64,000 bases of DNA from an uncultured Clostridia bacterium. Lineage in GTDB: Bacteria > Bacillota > Clostridia > Christensenellales > CALVMC01. The notes beneath the pieces were generated by a model. That model did not search any database and was not told where the DNA came from. It saw nothing but the letters and a program-made list of their open reading frames with translations. The translations under genes were made by a program, and so were the position numbers. Location of the stretch: the NCBI GenBank assembly GCA_944342015.1, contig CALVMC010000001.1, positions 327,645 to 391,644 on the forward strand, in the 5' to 3' direction. Below, one piece after another: positions 19,126-29,953 of the stretch; the stretch's first letter is position 1, and each line of letters begins with the position of its first letter.

Positions 19126-19256
19126 TTTTATCTTAATTTTAAGTTTTATAAGATTATTAAGCTTTTATATCGATTGAATAAAATTAAGCATTTTAATTAA
19201 ACAATAATTTATATTATTATTTGTTTCTTGCCCTTTATTTTATTTACTTGCAATTT

Positions 19257-20255
19257 TTATTCACTCAGAGTTTTTTCGGCATTTTCGGTTTTTTCATTGA
19301 ATTTGTCTATCAAATCGGGATTTACACTGTTATCGCAAGTTTTGATTGCGCCTTCTGCAACGCCTTCGTTTTTTTCTTTTTCCTTAGAGATATTATTATT
19401 TTTAAGACAATCTTTTTTTAATTTATCCAAAGTAAGTCTGAACTGTTTATTTTTGAGCAAGAAAAATCCACCCACGGCACAAAGTGCGGCATCGACGAAA
19501 ACGAACAAATTATATAAAAATCCCCAAGCAACTGCGCTTGTTATTCCGTAATCCTGACCGTAGCTGCCAAAATATACGGCGCCTGAAATAACATGAGGAA
19601 TGTATCTTGCAACTGCCGCTACTCCTACGCCTAATATAAATTTCAGAGAACTTAATTTTTCATTAGCAAATAACCCTGTAAGTCCTATCATGGCAAACGC
19701 TATCGGATAGTCAAGGAAATACTGTATGGGATGGACAATCCACGGATCCTGAATAGATTGCAACAGACCGTAAATAAAACCAATAAGAAGTCCTTTTTTA
19801 ACTCCGAAGACATAAGAAAAGAGCATTAAAGGAAGCATACTGAAAAACGTAATCGAACCGCCCTGAGGCAATCTGAAAAATGTTATGTAAGATAAAGCGA
19901 AACTCAACGCAATAAATACGCCTGAATATACTAAAAATTTAGTGTTACCGCCTTGTGCATTTTTACCGTGCTTAACATTGTATTTATCAGCAAAAACAAG
20001 CAAGGCAATAATTACGGCAATGGCTGCAAAAACACCTAAGGTAAGCCATACCTGATAACCCTGTTCGAAAGCATCGAAATTGAGTGAAATAACCGTAATA
20101 GCATAAACTGCAACAATTGCAGCCATAACATAATAATAGTATTTCATCCAATCTTTTTTTAACGCATTGATTGTTAAGCCTGCAATGACTGCAAGCAATG
20201 CAATTGCACCTGTTACCGAAAGATAGATAATTTCTTCGGTTGTTAAAACTTCCAT
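19257..20255 (-). CDS. thiT: ECF-transporter thiamine-specific S component (ThiT-like) with N- and C-terminal extensions
   Basis: Polytopic membrane ORF. The core FFRLPQGGSITFFSMLPLMLF...GLLQSIQDP resembles ThiT. SD AAGGAGG, and it is directly preceded by a TPP riboswitch. Confidence 0.7.
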   Translation of the reverse strand: MEVLTTEEIIYLSVTGAIALLAVIAGLTINALKKDWMKYYYYVMAAIVAVYAITVISLNFDAFEQGYQVWLTLGVFAAIAVIIALLVFADKYNVKHGKNAQGGNTKFLVYSGVFIALSFALSYITFFRLPQGGSITFFSMLPLMLFSYVFGVKKGLLIGFIYGLLQSIQDPWIVHPIQYFLDYPIAFAMIGLTGLFANEKLSSLKFILGVGVAAVARYIPHVISGAVYFGSYGQDYGITSAVAWGFLYNLFVFVDAALCAVGGFFLLKNKQFRLTLDKLKKDCLKNNNISKEKEKNEGVAEGAIKTCDNSVNPDLIDKFNEKTENAEKTLSE

Positions 20256-20302
20256 AAAAAAAAGCCTCCTTTTTATCGGAAACTTGCAAGAAATGGTATA
20301 AA

Positions 20303-20382
20303 GAACAAATTCCTTACGCTAGCATTACCTAACAAGTTCTATGGGTATAATCTCAGACCTTTCGGCCACCCCCGATTTATTC
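20303..20382 (-). promoter_or_regulatory. TPP (THI-box) riboswitch aptamer
   Basis: Minus strand reads GAAUAAAUCGGGGGUGGCCGAAAGGUCUGAGAUUAUACCCAUAGAACUUGUUAGGUAAUGCUAGCGUAAGGAAUUUGUUC. It has the conserved GGGGUG, CUGAGA, ACCC and GCUAGCGUAAGGAA blocks. P1 pairs 20375-20382 with 20303-20310. Confidence 0.88.
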
Positions 20383-20430
20383 GTTTTTTTAAGTTTAACA
20401 GATGATACAAATTTTGTCAAACCAATAGCA

Positions 20431-20470
20431 TAAAAAAAGCAAATATAACTTAAAAAGCGTTATATTTGCT
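20431..20470 (-). terminator. Rho-independent terminator of pgi operon
   Basis: 12-bp stem AGCAAATATAAC (20438-20449) / GTTATATTTGCT (20459-20470), followed by a T7 run on the minus strand. Confidence 0.8.
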
Positions 20471-20581
20471 TTAAAACGCATTGTAATTGCAAATTTTAAC
20501 ATAATTACGAAAAACCCGATAGCAGGTCAATCGTTTTTAATTGTACATTTTTTTATTAATTAAAATATTTTATTAATTAAA

Positions 20582-22000
20582 CTATTTGCCAATTATAAAT
20601 TCATCGTCTCTGCTTATGCCCTTACTAATTTCAGCTTTCAGATTTTCATAACCCGGACGGTTGAACATAGCGTAAGTGGCATTTTTACCCTGCTCTACTC
20701 CCGGCTGATCGAAAGTGTTAATATTAAGCATAGCTCCGCAATAAGCAGTTTCCAACATAAAAAACATAAGAAGCTGCCCGAAAGAATTTTCGTCAACCTC
20801 ATCGAGCATAATCATGGAACTTGGTTTATTGTTCGTCATTAACGCATAAGCGGTAGCGTCTCTTTCAGTGTTAATCAACTCAGACATATAATGACCGCAT
20901 AAGAAGTTTACATTTTCATATTTTTCCAATCCTTGGGGGATAAGGCAATCGCTTCTGAATTTTTTTACTCCTATAAAAGTAATAACTTTATCGTCAGGTC
21001 CTTCGTTGAAAAGCTGAATTTGCGAATGTTGATCGGTAACTCCCAAAGCCTTTACGGGAGTCTGCCCGCAATTTACAATCCTGCCTTTCAAATCGAATTT
21101 TTTCCCTAAACTTTCTCCCCAAAGCTGCGCATACCAATCTGCTACATATTTAAGGCTGTCCGCATAAGGCATCATAACCGAAATATTTTTGCCGTTTTTC
21201 ATAGAAAGATATTTTAAAAGCGCCGACATTAAAGGAGCATTTTGATAAATATTTGATTTATCCGAAGCCTTATCCATTATAGCCGCTCCTTCGAGCATTG
21301 CGTTTATATCTATTCCGAGCACTGCCGCAGGAAGAAGACCGACAGGACAAAGTTCGCTGAATCTGCCTCCTACTCCGTCGGGAATGTAGAATGTTTTAAG
21401 ATTTTCTTCCTTAGCAATTTTAATCAAATTACCGCTGTTTTCGCTTGTGGTCGCAATAATGTGGTCTTTGAGTTTTGCCGTACCGTCGAGACATTTTTTT
21501 ATAATATCGGAAATAATCAGGTACTGACTCATAGTTTCGCTGGTTGACCCGCTTTTGGTAATGACATTAAACATTGTAGTGTTCACATCTATAACATCTA
21601 AAAGAGCATTCATTCTTTCGGGATCGACATTGTCTTCAACATAAAACTTAGGGCCGTTTCTCACGCTGTCTTTAAGTTCATTGTAATGAAGGTGTTTTAA
21701 AGCCTGAAAAGCAGCAAGCGGTCCCAATGCGCTGCCGCCAATTCCCAAAACTACGAAATACTTATACTTCGAACGAATTTCTTTTGCGGTTTTTAAAATA
21801 TCTTCGATAATATCTTTTTGATTATAAGGAAGTTCGCTCCATCCCGTCATTCCTTTACCTCTATCCTTTTGAAAGCTGTCAAAAGCTTTTTTAGCAACAG
21901 CTTCGGCATTTTCGATATCAGAACGGCTGAATCCGTTTTTTCCTATTCTGATATTCATCATGTTACCATAATCAAAAGACAATTTAAGTTTGTTTTCCAT
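20582..22000 (-). CDS. pgi: Glucose-6-phosphate isomerase
   Basis: 472 aa with GIGGSALGP and VGGRFSELCPVGLLPAA motifs typical of Firmicutes-type PGI. Confidence 0.9.
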   Translation of the reverse strand: MENKLKLSFDYGNMMNIRIGKNGFSRSDIENAEAVAKKAFDSFQKDRGKGMTGWSELPYNQKDIIEDILKTAKEIRSKYKYFVVLGIGGSALGPLAAFQALKHLHYNELKDSVRNGPKFYVEDNVDPERMNALLDVIDVNTTMFNVITKSGSTSETMSQYLIISDIIKKCLDGTAKLKDHIIATTSENSGNLIKIAKEENLKTFYIPDGVGGRFSELCPVGLLPAAVLGIDINAMLEGAAIMDKASDKSNIYQNAPLMSALLKYLSMKNGKNISVMMPYADSLKYVADWYAQLWGESLGKKFDLKGRIVNCGQTPVKALGVTDQHSQIQLFNEGPDDKVITFIGVKKFRSDCLIPQGLEKYENVNFLCGHYMSELINTERDATAYALMTNNKPSSMIMLDEVDENSFGQLLMFFMLETAYCGAMLNINTFDQPGVEQGKNATYAMFNRPGYENLKAEISKGISRDDEFIIGK

Positions 22001-22009
22001 AACTCCTCC

Positions 22010-22807
22010 CTAATTTATATTAAGTTTATATTTTATCTCGTTTAAATACTCGATACCGTCTTTTAAATCGAAAATATTTTTGTAATCGTTTCCGTAAAGT
22101 TCAATTAAGACGCAGCCTTGAAAATTCATATCGGAAAGAATTTTAAACAATTCTACAAAATCGAACTTTCCTTTTCCGGGAACGCACATTTTCCCGTTCT
22201 CGTCGAAATCGGATACATGAACGGTTTTAAGACGACCGTTCATCACTTTGAGAAATTCTTTATAATCTATACCCGACTGCCTTGCCTGCTTATTATCGAA
22301 ACAACAACCTATGTTCGGCGCATAAGGTTTCAACTTTTCGAAAAATTCAGGTTCGGAAAAATAAGCCCAGTGAACATTTTCATAACACAAAGTAATACCG
22401 TAATCGTTCATAATGGAATTAATACCTTCGACTTTTTTTCCTAATACAGGATAATCGAAATTATAGTCCCGTTTTTTTAATCGTGTAGCGCCGTGAAAAG
22501 TATAAAATTTAGCTCCGAGTTTTTTCCCTGTTCTTAAAACTTTTTTAAGAATCTGAACGGAATCCAGTCTTGTTCTGTCAACATCGTTAAAAAGTTCAGG
22601 TTCAAAACTGTTAGTGTGAGCGTGCATGGAATGTACTTTAATGTTTTCCTTGCGTTCGGCAAGCATATTACCGAAAGAAGGCTTATATTCAAAAAAAGTA
22701 TTTAAAAAGACTTCGGTGACTTTTACATTGAGAGCACGCAAATTATCAAATGCGTTTTCAGTGACATCTTTGCCGAAAAATGTAGCCGTACTTATACCTA
22801 TTTCCAT
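22010..22807 (-). CDS. Sugar phosphate isomerase/epimerase (xylose-isomerase-like TIM barrel)
   Basis: 265 aa with the overall pattern of AP-endonuclease-2/TIM-barrel proteins (ENVHW, HVSD). 9 nt upstream of pgi. Confidence 0.65.
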   Translation of the reverse strand: MEIGISTATFFGKDVTENAFDNLRALNVKVTEVFLNTFFEYKPSFGNMLAERKENIKVHSMHAHTNSFEPELFNDVDRTRLDSVQILKKVLRTGKKLGAKFYTFHGATRLKKRDYNFDYPVLGKKVEGINSIMNDYGITLCYENVHWAYFSEPEFFEKLKPYAPNIGCCFDNKQARQSGIDYKEFLKVMNGRLKTVHVSDFDENGKMCVPGKGKFDFVELFKILSDMNFQGCVLIELYGNDYKNIFDLKDGIEYLNEIKYKLNIN

Positions 22808-22836
22808 AACCGCCTCAAAATTATATTAATTATTTA

Positions 22837-23280
22837 TTAATACTTTTCTAATTTTACTCCGGCTTCTTCGAACATTTGAAGAGAAAATTCATCCGGATAC
22901 CCTTGACTGTAAACAACACGGGTAATACCGCTGTTAATAATCATTTTTGCGCAAATTACGCAAGGCTGATGAGTACAGTACAAAGTAGCGTTTTCAACGC
23001 TGATACCCATTCTTGCAGCCTGAATGATGGCATTTTGCTCAGCGTGGACGGCAAAGCAAAGTTCCTGTCTTGTTCCCGACTCGATATTGAGCTTTTTTCT
23101 CATACATTCGCCACGGTCTTTGCAATTTTTAATTCCGGAGCCTGCGCCGTTATAACCGGTAGTTAAAATTCTTTTGTCACGGGCAATTACCGCACCAACC
23201 TGTCTGTTTTCCTGATAGCACGAAGACCATTTAGCCACGGTATTTGCAATATCCATAAATCTGTCATCCCATTTATCCAT
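22837..23280 (-). CDS. Deoxycytidylate (dCMP) deaminase, ComEB-type
   Basis: 147 aa with zinc motifs HAEQNAI and PCVICAKMI. Confidence 0.85.
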   Translation of the reverse strand: MDKWDDRFMDIANTVAKWSSCYQENRQVGAVIARDKRILTTGYNGAGSGIKNCKDRGECMRKKLNIESGTRQELCFAVHAEQNAIIQAARMGISVENATLYCTHQPCVICAKMIINSGITRVVYSQGYPDEFSLQMFEEAGVKLEKY

Positions 23281-23528
23281 AATATACCTCTGAATTAAAA
23301 ATATTCGTTTTAAGTGAAAATTAAATAAAATGATTAATAATTAATTATATTATAACATTTTAATTATATTTTTGAAAGCATATACCGATTGTTTTTAATA
23401 AATATTTAATATTGAAAACACAGAATTTTTTATATAAAAAATTAAATAAATAAAAAATAGTTTACAATTTAAAGCAAAAATCGACTTAAAATAATTTAAC
23501 GCTTATTTAAAAAAATGGTATAAATGAC

Positions 23529-23556
23529 TTTACAAAATACATTTATATGCTATAAT
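23529..23556 (+). promoter_or_regulatory. Sigma-A promoter of groES-groEL
   Basis: TTTACA (23529-23534), a 16-nt spacer, then TGcTATAAT with the -10 at 23551-23556. Confidence 0.6.
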
Positions 23557-23564
23557 TATAACGA

Positions 23565-23591
23565 TTAGCAGTCAAACATAAAGACTGCCAA
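23565..23591 (+). promoter_or_regulatory. CIRCE-like HrcA operator (variant)
   Basis: TTAGCAGTC-N9-GACTGCCAA lies between the promoter and the groES SD. The canonical form is TTAGCACTC-N9-GAGTGCTAA. Confidence 0.75.
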
Positions 23592-23613
23592 AAAAACATA
23601 AGGAGGGTTTAAA

Positions 23614-23901
23614 ATGACAATTAAACCATTGTTTGATAAAATAGTAATCGAAGAAGTAGAAAAAGTCGAAAAAACCGCAGGCGGAATAGTCCTTCCGGGA
23701 ACAGCTCAGGAAAAACCGCAGCTTGCAAAAGTTATAGCAGTAGGTCCCGGCGGAGTCATCGACGGTAAAGAAGTTGTAATGCAAATTAAAGTCGGAGATA
23801 TAATTTTATTCAACAAGTATGCCGGAAGTCAGTTTAAATTAGAAAATAAAGAAGTAACGATATTAAGGCAAAGCGACGTGCTTGCAATAGTAGAACAATA
23901 A
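23614..23901 (+). CDS. groES: Co-chaperonin GroES
   Basis: 95 aa starting MTIKPLFDKIVIEEVE, with GGIVLPGTAQEKP. SD AAGGAGG. Confidence 0.95.
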   Translation: MTIKPLFDKIVIEEVEKVEKTAGGIVLPGTAQEKPQLAKVIAVGPGGVIDGKEVVMQIKVGDIILFNKYAGSQFKLENKEVTILRQSDVLAIVEQ

Positions 23902-25542
<1,641 letters not shown>

Positions 25543-25564
25543 AATTAAAAAATTAAAAATAAAC

Positions 25565-25590
25565 AAAAAACCGCATAAAGCGGTTTTTTG
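25565..25590. terminator. Bidirectional rho-independent terminator (groEL / dnaB)
   Basis: AAAAAACCGC-ATAAA-GCGGTTTTTT, with A and T runs on both sides, between convergent genes. Confidence 0.8.
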
Positions 25591-25622
25591 TTTTAATATG
25601 CAATACATTAACTTACATTCAA

Positions 25623-27191
25623 TTATTCTTCGAATTTTTTTTGATACTCAGCTAAATAATCCATATGCTCCGAATCTTCTTTATACTGACTTTCAAACGC
25701 TTCGGCCTCTATTTCGTTTATTTCTTCTTCGATAATAATATCGCCCGAACCTTTCGGGGAATTTTCGGTAAAATCTTTACTTTTGGCATATTCCGTTGCA
25801 ACCGTTCCCGAACCGTCGTTGGCAAAATCGGTAGCGAGTTCTTCAAATTTAAGGAATGGTCTTATAAAGTTAAATCTGAGTTTATCGCTGACTTCACCGT
25901 TTCTGTGTTTTGCAACTATAAGCTGAATTTTTTCTACCGTTTCCATAGAAAGAGCGGCATTGGCGTCATCTTTATGAATAAACATAACAATATCCGCATC
26001 CTGCTCGATTGCGCCCGATTCCCTGAGGTCTGAAAGCTTCGGTCTTTTATCGTCTTTTCTCTGATCTATCGCACGAGATAACTGAGAAATTAAAAGGAGC
26101 GGAACATTAAGCTCTTTTGCTATTATTTTCATCATACGGGAAATTTCGGAAACTTCCTGTTGTCTGCTATCCTTTTTTTCGGGAGAATTCATAAGTTGCA
26201 GATAGTCCACAACGACCAAGTCCAGCCTTCCCTTTTCCCTGAAAAGCCTTCTGCATTTAGAAAGAATTTCACCCGGTGAAGTTACCGAAGTATCGTCGAT
26301 GAAAATATCGGAATTATTGAGAATAACCGAAGCTTTATGAAGTCTTTTAAAATCTTCGTCATCGAGATCGCCTTTTTTGGCGTCGCTCATAGATGTTTTC
26401 GATATACAGCAAAGAAGCCTTTGAACCAGTTGAACGGCAGGCATTTCGAGAGAAAATATTGCGCACACTTTTTTATCGCCTTCCGATGCGCTTCTTGCCG
26501 CCATATTCGCAACAATATTCAATGCAAAGGTAGTTTTACCGAATCCCGGCCTTGCAGCGATAAGAATAAGATCCGATTTTTGAAGTCCGTTGGTCAACAT
26601 GTCGAGATTTCCGTATCCCGAAGAAAGCCCGCTTAATTTGGATTTATCCTTGAAAGCGATTTCAATTCTTTCTATGGCCTCGTTCAAAGCTGTTCCGATA
26701 TGTAAAAGCGAGGACTTGTCTCTGTCTTTGGAGATATCAAAAACATATTTTTCCGCAAGAGCAAGAGAGTTATTTGCGTCTTTACTTTCGTAAGCATTTT
26801 CAATAATCTTTTCTGCGCTGTTGATAAGTTTTCTTAATATGGAATCCCTTATAACTATATCTCTGTAATATTTATAGCTTGCGCTACTCGGAAGCATTAC
26901 GGAAAGAGAAGAGATATACTCTATTCCGCCTATCTTTTTAAGATTGCCTTCTCTTTCCAAAGTATCGGAAACAGTAACCAAATCAACAGGTTTGTTCTGC
27001 ATATAAATTTCGAACATAGCCTGAAAAATAAGCTGGTGAGCCTGTCCGTAAAAATCTTCTTTTTTCAATCCCGGAACAACATCGTTTGCGACATCGTCAT
27101 TGATAAGAATACAAGCAAGCAAAGATTGTTCCGCTTCGAGATTATTAGGCATCAGTCTTTGTTGAGCCGTTTTAGTCTGTCCGCCCGCCAT
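25623..27191 (-). CDS. dnaB: Replicative DNA helicase DnaB with acidic C-terminal extension
   Basis: N-terminal PNNLEAEQSLLACIL, Walker A ARPGFGKTTFALN and VVDYLQLM. About 70 extra acidic residues follow the usual C-terminus. Confidence 0.9.
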   Translation of the reverse strand: MAGGQTKTAQQRLMPNNLEAEQSLLACILINDDVANDVVPGLKKEDFYGQAHQLIFQAMFEIYMQNKPVDLVTVSDTLEREGNLKKIGGIEYISSLSVMLPSSASYKYYRDIVIRDSILRKLINSAEKIIENAYESKDANNSLALAEKYVFDISKDRDKSSLLHIGTALNEAIERIEIAFKDKSKLSGLSSGYGNLDMLTNGLQKSDLILIAARPGFGKTTFALNIVANMAARSASEGDKKVCAIFSLEMPAVQLVQRLLCCISKTSMSDAKKGDLDDEDFKRLHKASVILNNSDIFIDDTSVTSPGEILSKCRRLFREKGRLDLVVVDYLQLMNSPEKKDSRQQEVSEISRMMKIIAKELNVPLLLISQLSRAIDQRKDDKRPKLSDLRESGAIEQDADIVMFIHKDDANAALSMETVEKIQLIVAKHRNGEVSDKLRFNFIRPFLKFEELATDFANDGSGTVATEYAKSKDFTENSPKGSGDIIIEEEINEIEAEAFESQYKEDSEHMDYLAEYQKKFEE

Positions 27192-27912
27192 TTAATTTCT
27201 CCTTAGTATTTTTCTTTTTTAGAAGTACTTTTGTGATTATTACAAAAATTAGAATCAAAACAATACTTCCCACTATCGCTATAGTATACCACACTGCGCT
27301 GTTAGGCGCAATCTGAACAAGGGTTATATTTTTTGTAATGTTATCGTAATCGAGATACCATGTATAAAGATAAACTCCATTATTTTCAGATGTAAAATCT
27401 GCGTCTTCGCCGTAAACCGTAGCATATTTGGTTCCGTAAGTATAAATGAATTCCACATCTCTTATTCTGTTAAAATCATAATTTTTGAAATAAATATCGT
27501 AATAAGGTTTAACGAAATTTTCATCTGCAAGGTCAGCAAAAACAGTACTCGTGACCGTAACATATTTGTCGAACCAAAAACCTTTTACAATATCCCCTTC
27601 GTTTTCGTTTTCCTCATCGCCTGTTATACCGTAAAAAATATAATAATCGGTATAACTCGAAAAATATCTGCTCGCTTTTAATATATTGGGAGTATCGACA
27701 TTTCTCTCTACGCTGTAATTCATTTGTCTGAACATTATTTCAACGGAATCCAGAATATCCAGATCCGACTCGGAATCAACCTCGATAACGAATTGCTGAG
27801 TGATGCTGCCGTCTGTCGAAAGAATATTATTAAAAGTAACCGACCCGCAACCGCAAAGGACAATCAACAAAAAAGAGAACAGAAGAAATACTAAAACAAG
27901 TTTCCTTTTCAC
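27172..27912 (-). CDS. Lipoprotein / membrane protein, function unknown
   Basis: 246 aa with a signal peptide and lipobox-like LCGCGS and a C-terminal TM helix. Overlaps pepF (4 nt) and dnaB (20 nt). Confidence 0.5.
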   Translation of the reverse strand: MKRKLVLVFLLFSFLLIVLCGCGSVTFNNILSTDGSITQQFVIEVDSESDLDILDSVEIMFRQMNYSVERNVDTPNILKASRYFSSYTDYYIFYGITGDEENENEGDIVKGFWFDKYVTVTSTVFADLADENFVKPYYDIYFKNYDFNRIRDVEFIYTYGTKYATVYGEDADFTSENNGVYLYTWYLDYDNITKNITLVQIAPNSAVWYTIAIVGSIVLILIFVIITKVLLKKKNTKEKLNGGRTD

Positions 27913-29684
27913 TCTGATTTCAACTCCTTTAAAGTTTCTTTAAAAACTTTCATCGCCTTATCGAAAGGTTCTTTTGTCGTTAAATCAACTCCCGCAATTT
28001 TCAGAATATCGACCGGAGACGCACTGCCGCCCGCTTTAAGAAATTCTATATAATTTTTAGCGGAATCTGTTGTTTTATTTATAATATTTTCACTGATTGC
28101 AATTGCCGATATAATTCCCGTAGAATACTTATATACATAAAAACTGTTGTAAAAATGCGGTATACGGGCCCATTCGTACTTTATTTTGTCAAAATCGATA
28201 TTTTTACCGTAATATTTTTTATTCAGATCGAGATACATTTCGTTAAGAGTTTCTGCGTTCAAAGATTTATTTTCTTCGACTAATTTATGAGCATTGAATT
28301 CGAATTCTGCAAATTGAGTTTGACGGAACAAAGTAGTTCTTATCATATCGATAAGATAAGATAAGAGAAATTTTTTCATATTCGAATCTTTGCTTTGCGA
28401 TAAAAGATATCTTAGTAAAAGCATTTCGTTTACGGTAGACGCAACCTCTGCCACAAATATTTCGTAACCTGCTTTTGCATAAGGCTGATTTTTATTACTG
28501 TAATATGAATGAATTGCGTGTCCCATTTCATGGGCAATGGTAAAAACATCGTGAGTGGTTTTATGGTAATTAAGAAGAACATAAGGATGTGAATTATATG
28601 TCCCCCAGGAATAAGCGCCGCTTCTTTTGTTTTTGGTTTCAAACACATCGATCCATCTCTCGTTTTTAGCAGACCTGTATACTGAAATATATTCTTCGCC
28701 CAAAACGCTTAAAGCTTTTTCTACAAGAGAGTATGCGTCATCGTATTCCAGTGAAAGTTCCGCATTTTCAAAAAGAGGCACATGCAAGTCGCAGAAAGCG
28801 ATTTTATCGAGATTGAGTTTTTTTCTTCTGAACTCAATATAATCCGAAAGATATTTACAGTTTTCGCCAACCGACTCCAATAAATTAAAGTATACCTTTT
28901 CATCGGCGTCCTCAACATTCATGGCATGTTCAAGACAACTTTTATAACCTCGTGTCTTTGCATAAAACCAATCTTGCTTAACATTGCCTGCATAAATTTC
29001 GCTTACAGTATTAATCATCTGAGCATATGCGTCGAACATACTGTCGTAAGCTTGCTTTCTTACTTCTCTTGACGGATTTTGCAAAAGCAGCCCGTAAACG
29101 CCGTGAGACATTTCAACCTTGGTTCCGTCAGGCATAACAACATCTTTAAAACAAACATCGGCGTTATCAAACATTGTAAAAATATTTTGGAAACTCTCTG
29201 AAAAACTACCTACTTCCGCAAGTATTTTTTCCGCTTCCGAAGATAAAATATGTTTTTTATTCTTTATAAATTTTTCTAATTTATACGAATAATCGGAAAA
29301 CTCCTTATCCCTTGCACATTCTTTAAGATAATCCTCGTCCAACGAAACAAGTTCGGGAGAGACAAAAGAAGAAAGCGAGGATATTTTAACCGAAAGGTTA
29401 TCGGCTCGTTCCGTAAAATCCACATATTTGGTTTCGGCAACATTTTCATCTTTTTTCATTCGTGCGTAAACATAAATATCTGTAATTTTTTTTGAAATAC
29501 TGTCCGAAAACTTAAAATATGAAAGTAAAGTCTTTTTATCTGAAAGTTTTCCTTTGAATTTCAAAATTTCATCTTTTTCTCTGTCGAGCTCTTTAAAGAC
29601 CCTTTCCCACTCGTCGTCCGAAGAAAAAATATCTTCCAATCTCCATTTATACTTATCTTGTATTTCCTCTCTCTTTAACGGCAT
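27909..29684 (-). CDS. pepF: Oligoendopeptidase F (M3B)
   Basis: 591 aa with the zinc motif HEMGH and typical PepF length and N-terminal region. Confidence 0.88.
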   Translation of the reverse strand: MPLKREEIQDKYKWRLEDIFSSDDEWERVFKELDREKDEILKFKGKLSDKKTLLSYFKFSDSISKKITDIYVYARMKKDENVAETKYVDFTERADNLSVKISSLSSFVSPELVSLDEDYLKECARDKEFSDYSYKLEKFIKNKKHILSSEAEKILAEVGSFSESFQNIFTMFDNADVCFKDVVMPDGTKVEMSHGVYGLLLQNPSREVRKQAYDSMFDAYAQMINTVSEIYAGNVKQDWFYAKTRGYKSCLEHAMNVEDADEKVYFNLLESVGENCKYLSDYIEFRRKKLNLDKIAFCDLHVPLFENAELSLEYDDAYSLVEKALSVLGEEYISVYRSAKNERWIDVFETKNKRSGAYSWGTYNSHPYVLLNYHKTTHDVFTIAHEMGHAIHSYYSNKNQPYAKAGYEIFVAEVASTVNEMLLLRYLLSQSKDSNMKKFLLSYLIDMIRTTLFRQTQFAEFEFNAHKLVEENKSLNAETLNEMYLDLNKKYYGKNIDFDKIKYEWARIPHFYNSFYVYKYSTGIISAIAISENIINKTTDSAKNYIEFLKAGGSASPVDILKIAGVDLTTKEPFDKAMKVFKETLKELKSE

Positions 29685-29953
29685 ATTGACCTCTTACAAA
29701 AAAACAAGTTTTTAATAAAATATTAGAATCGCAGATTAATATTAATAGCAGTCAATTAAATATATCGGCTATATTTTATTAATAATTATAACAATATATT
29801 AATCCTTTTAAAATTATTTGGCAAATAAATATTTTATTTCCTTATAAAATATTTATAAAAATATATACATTTTTCGATAAATATGCTATAATAATTTTGT
29901 AAAATTATATTTATATAAATTCCGAATAAATAACGGAAATTACGGAGTATATT

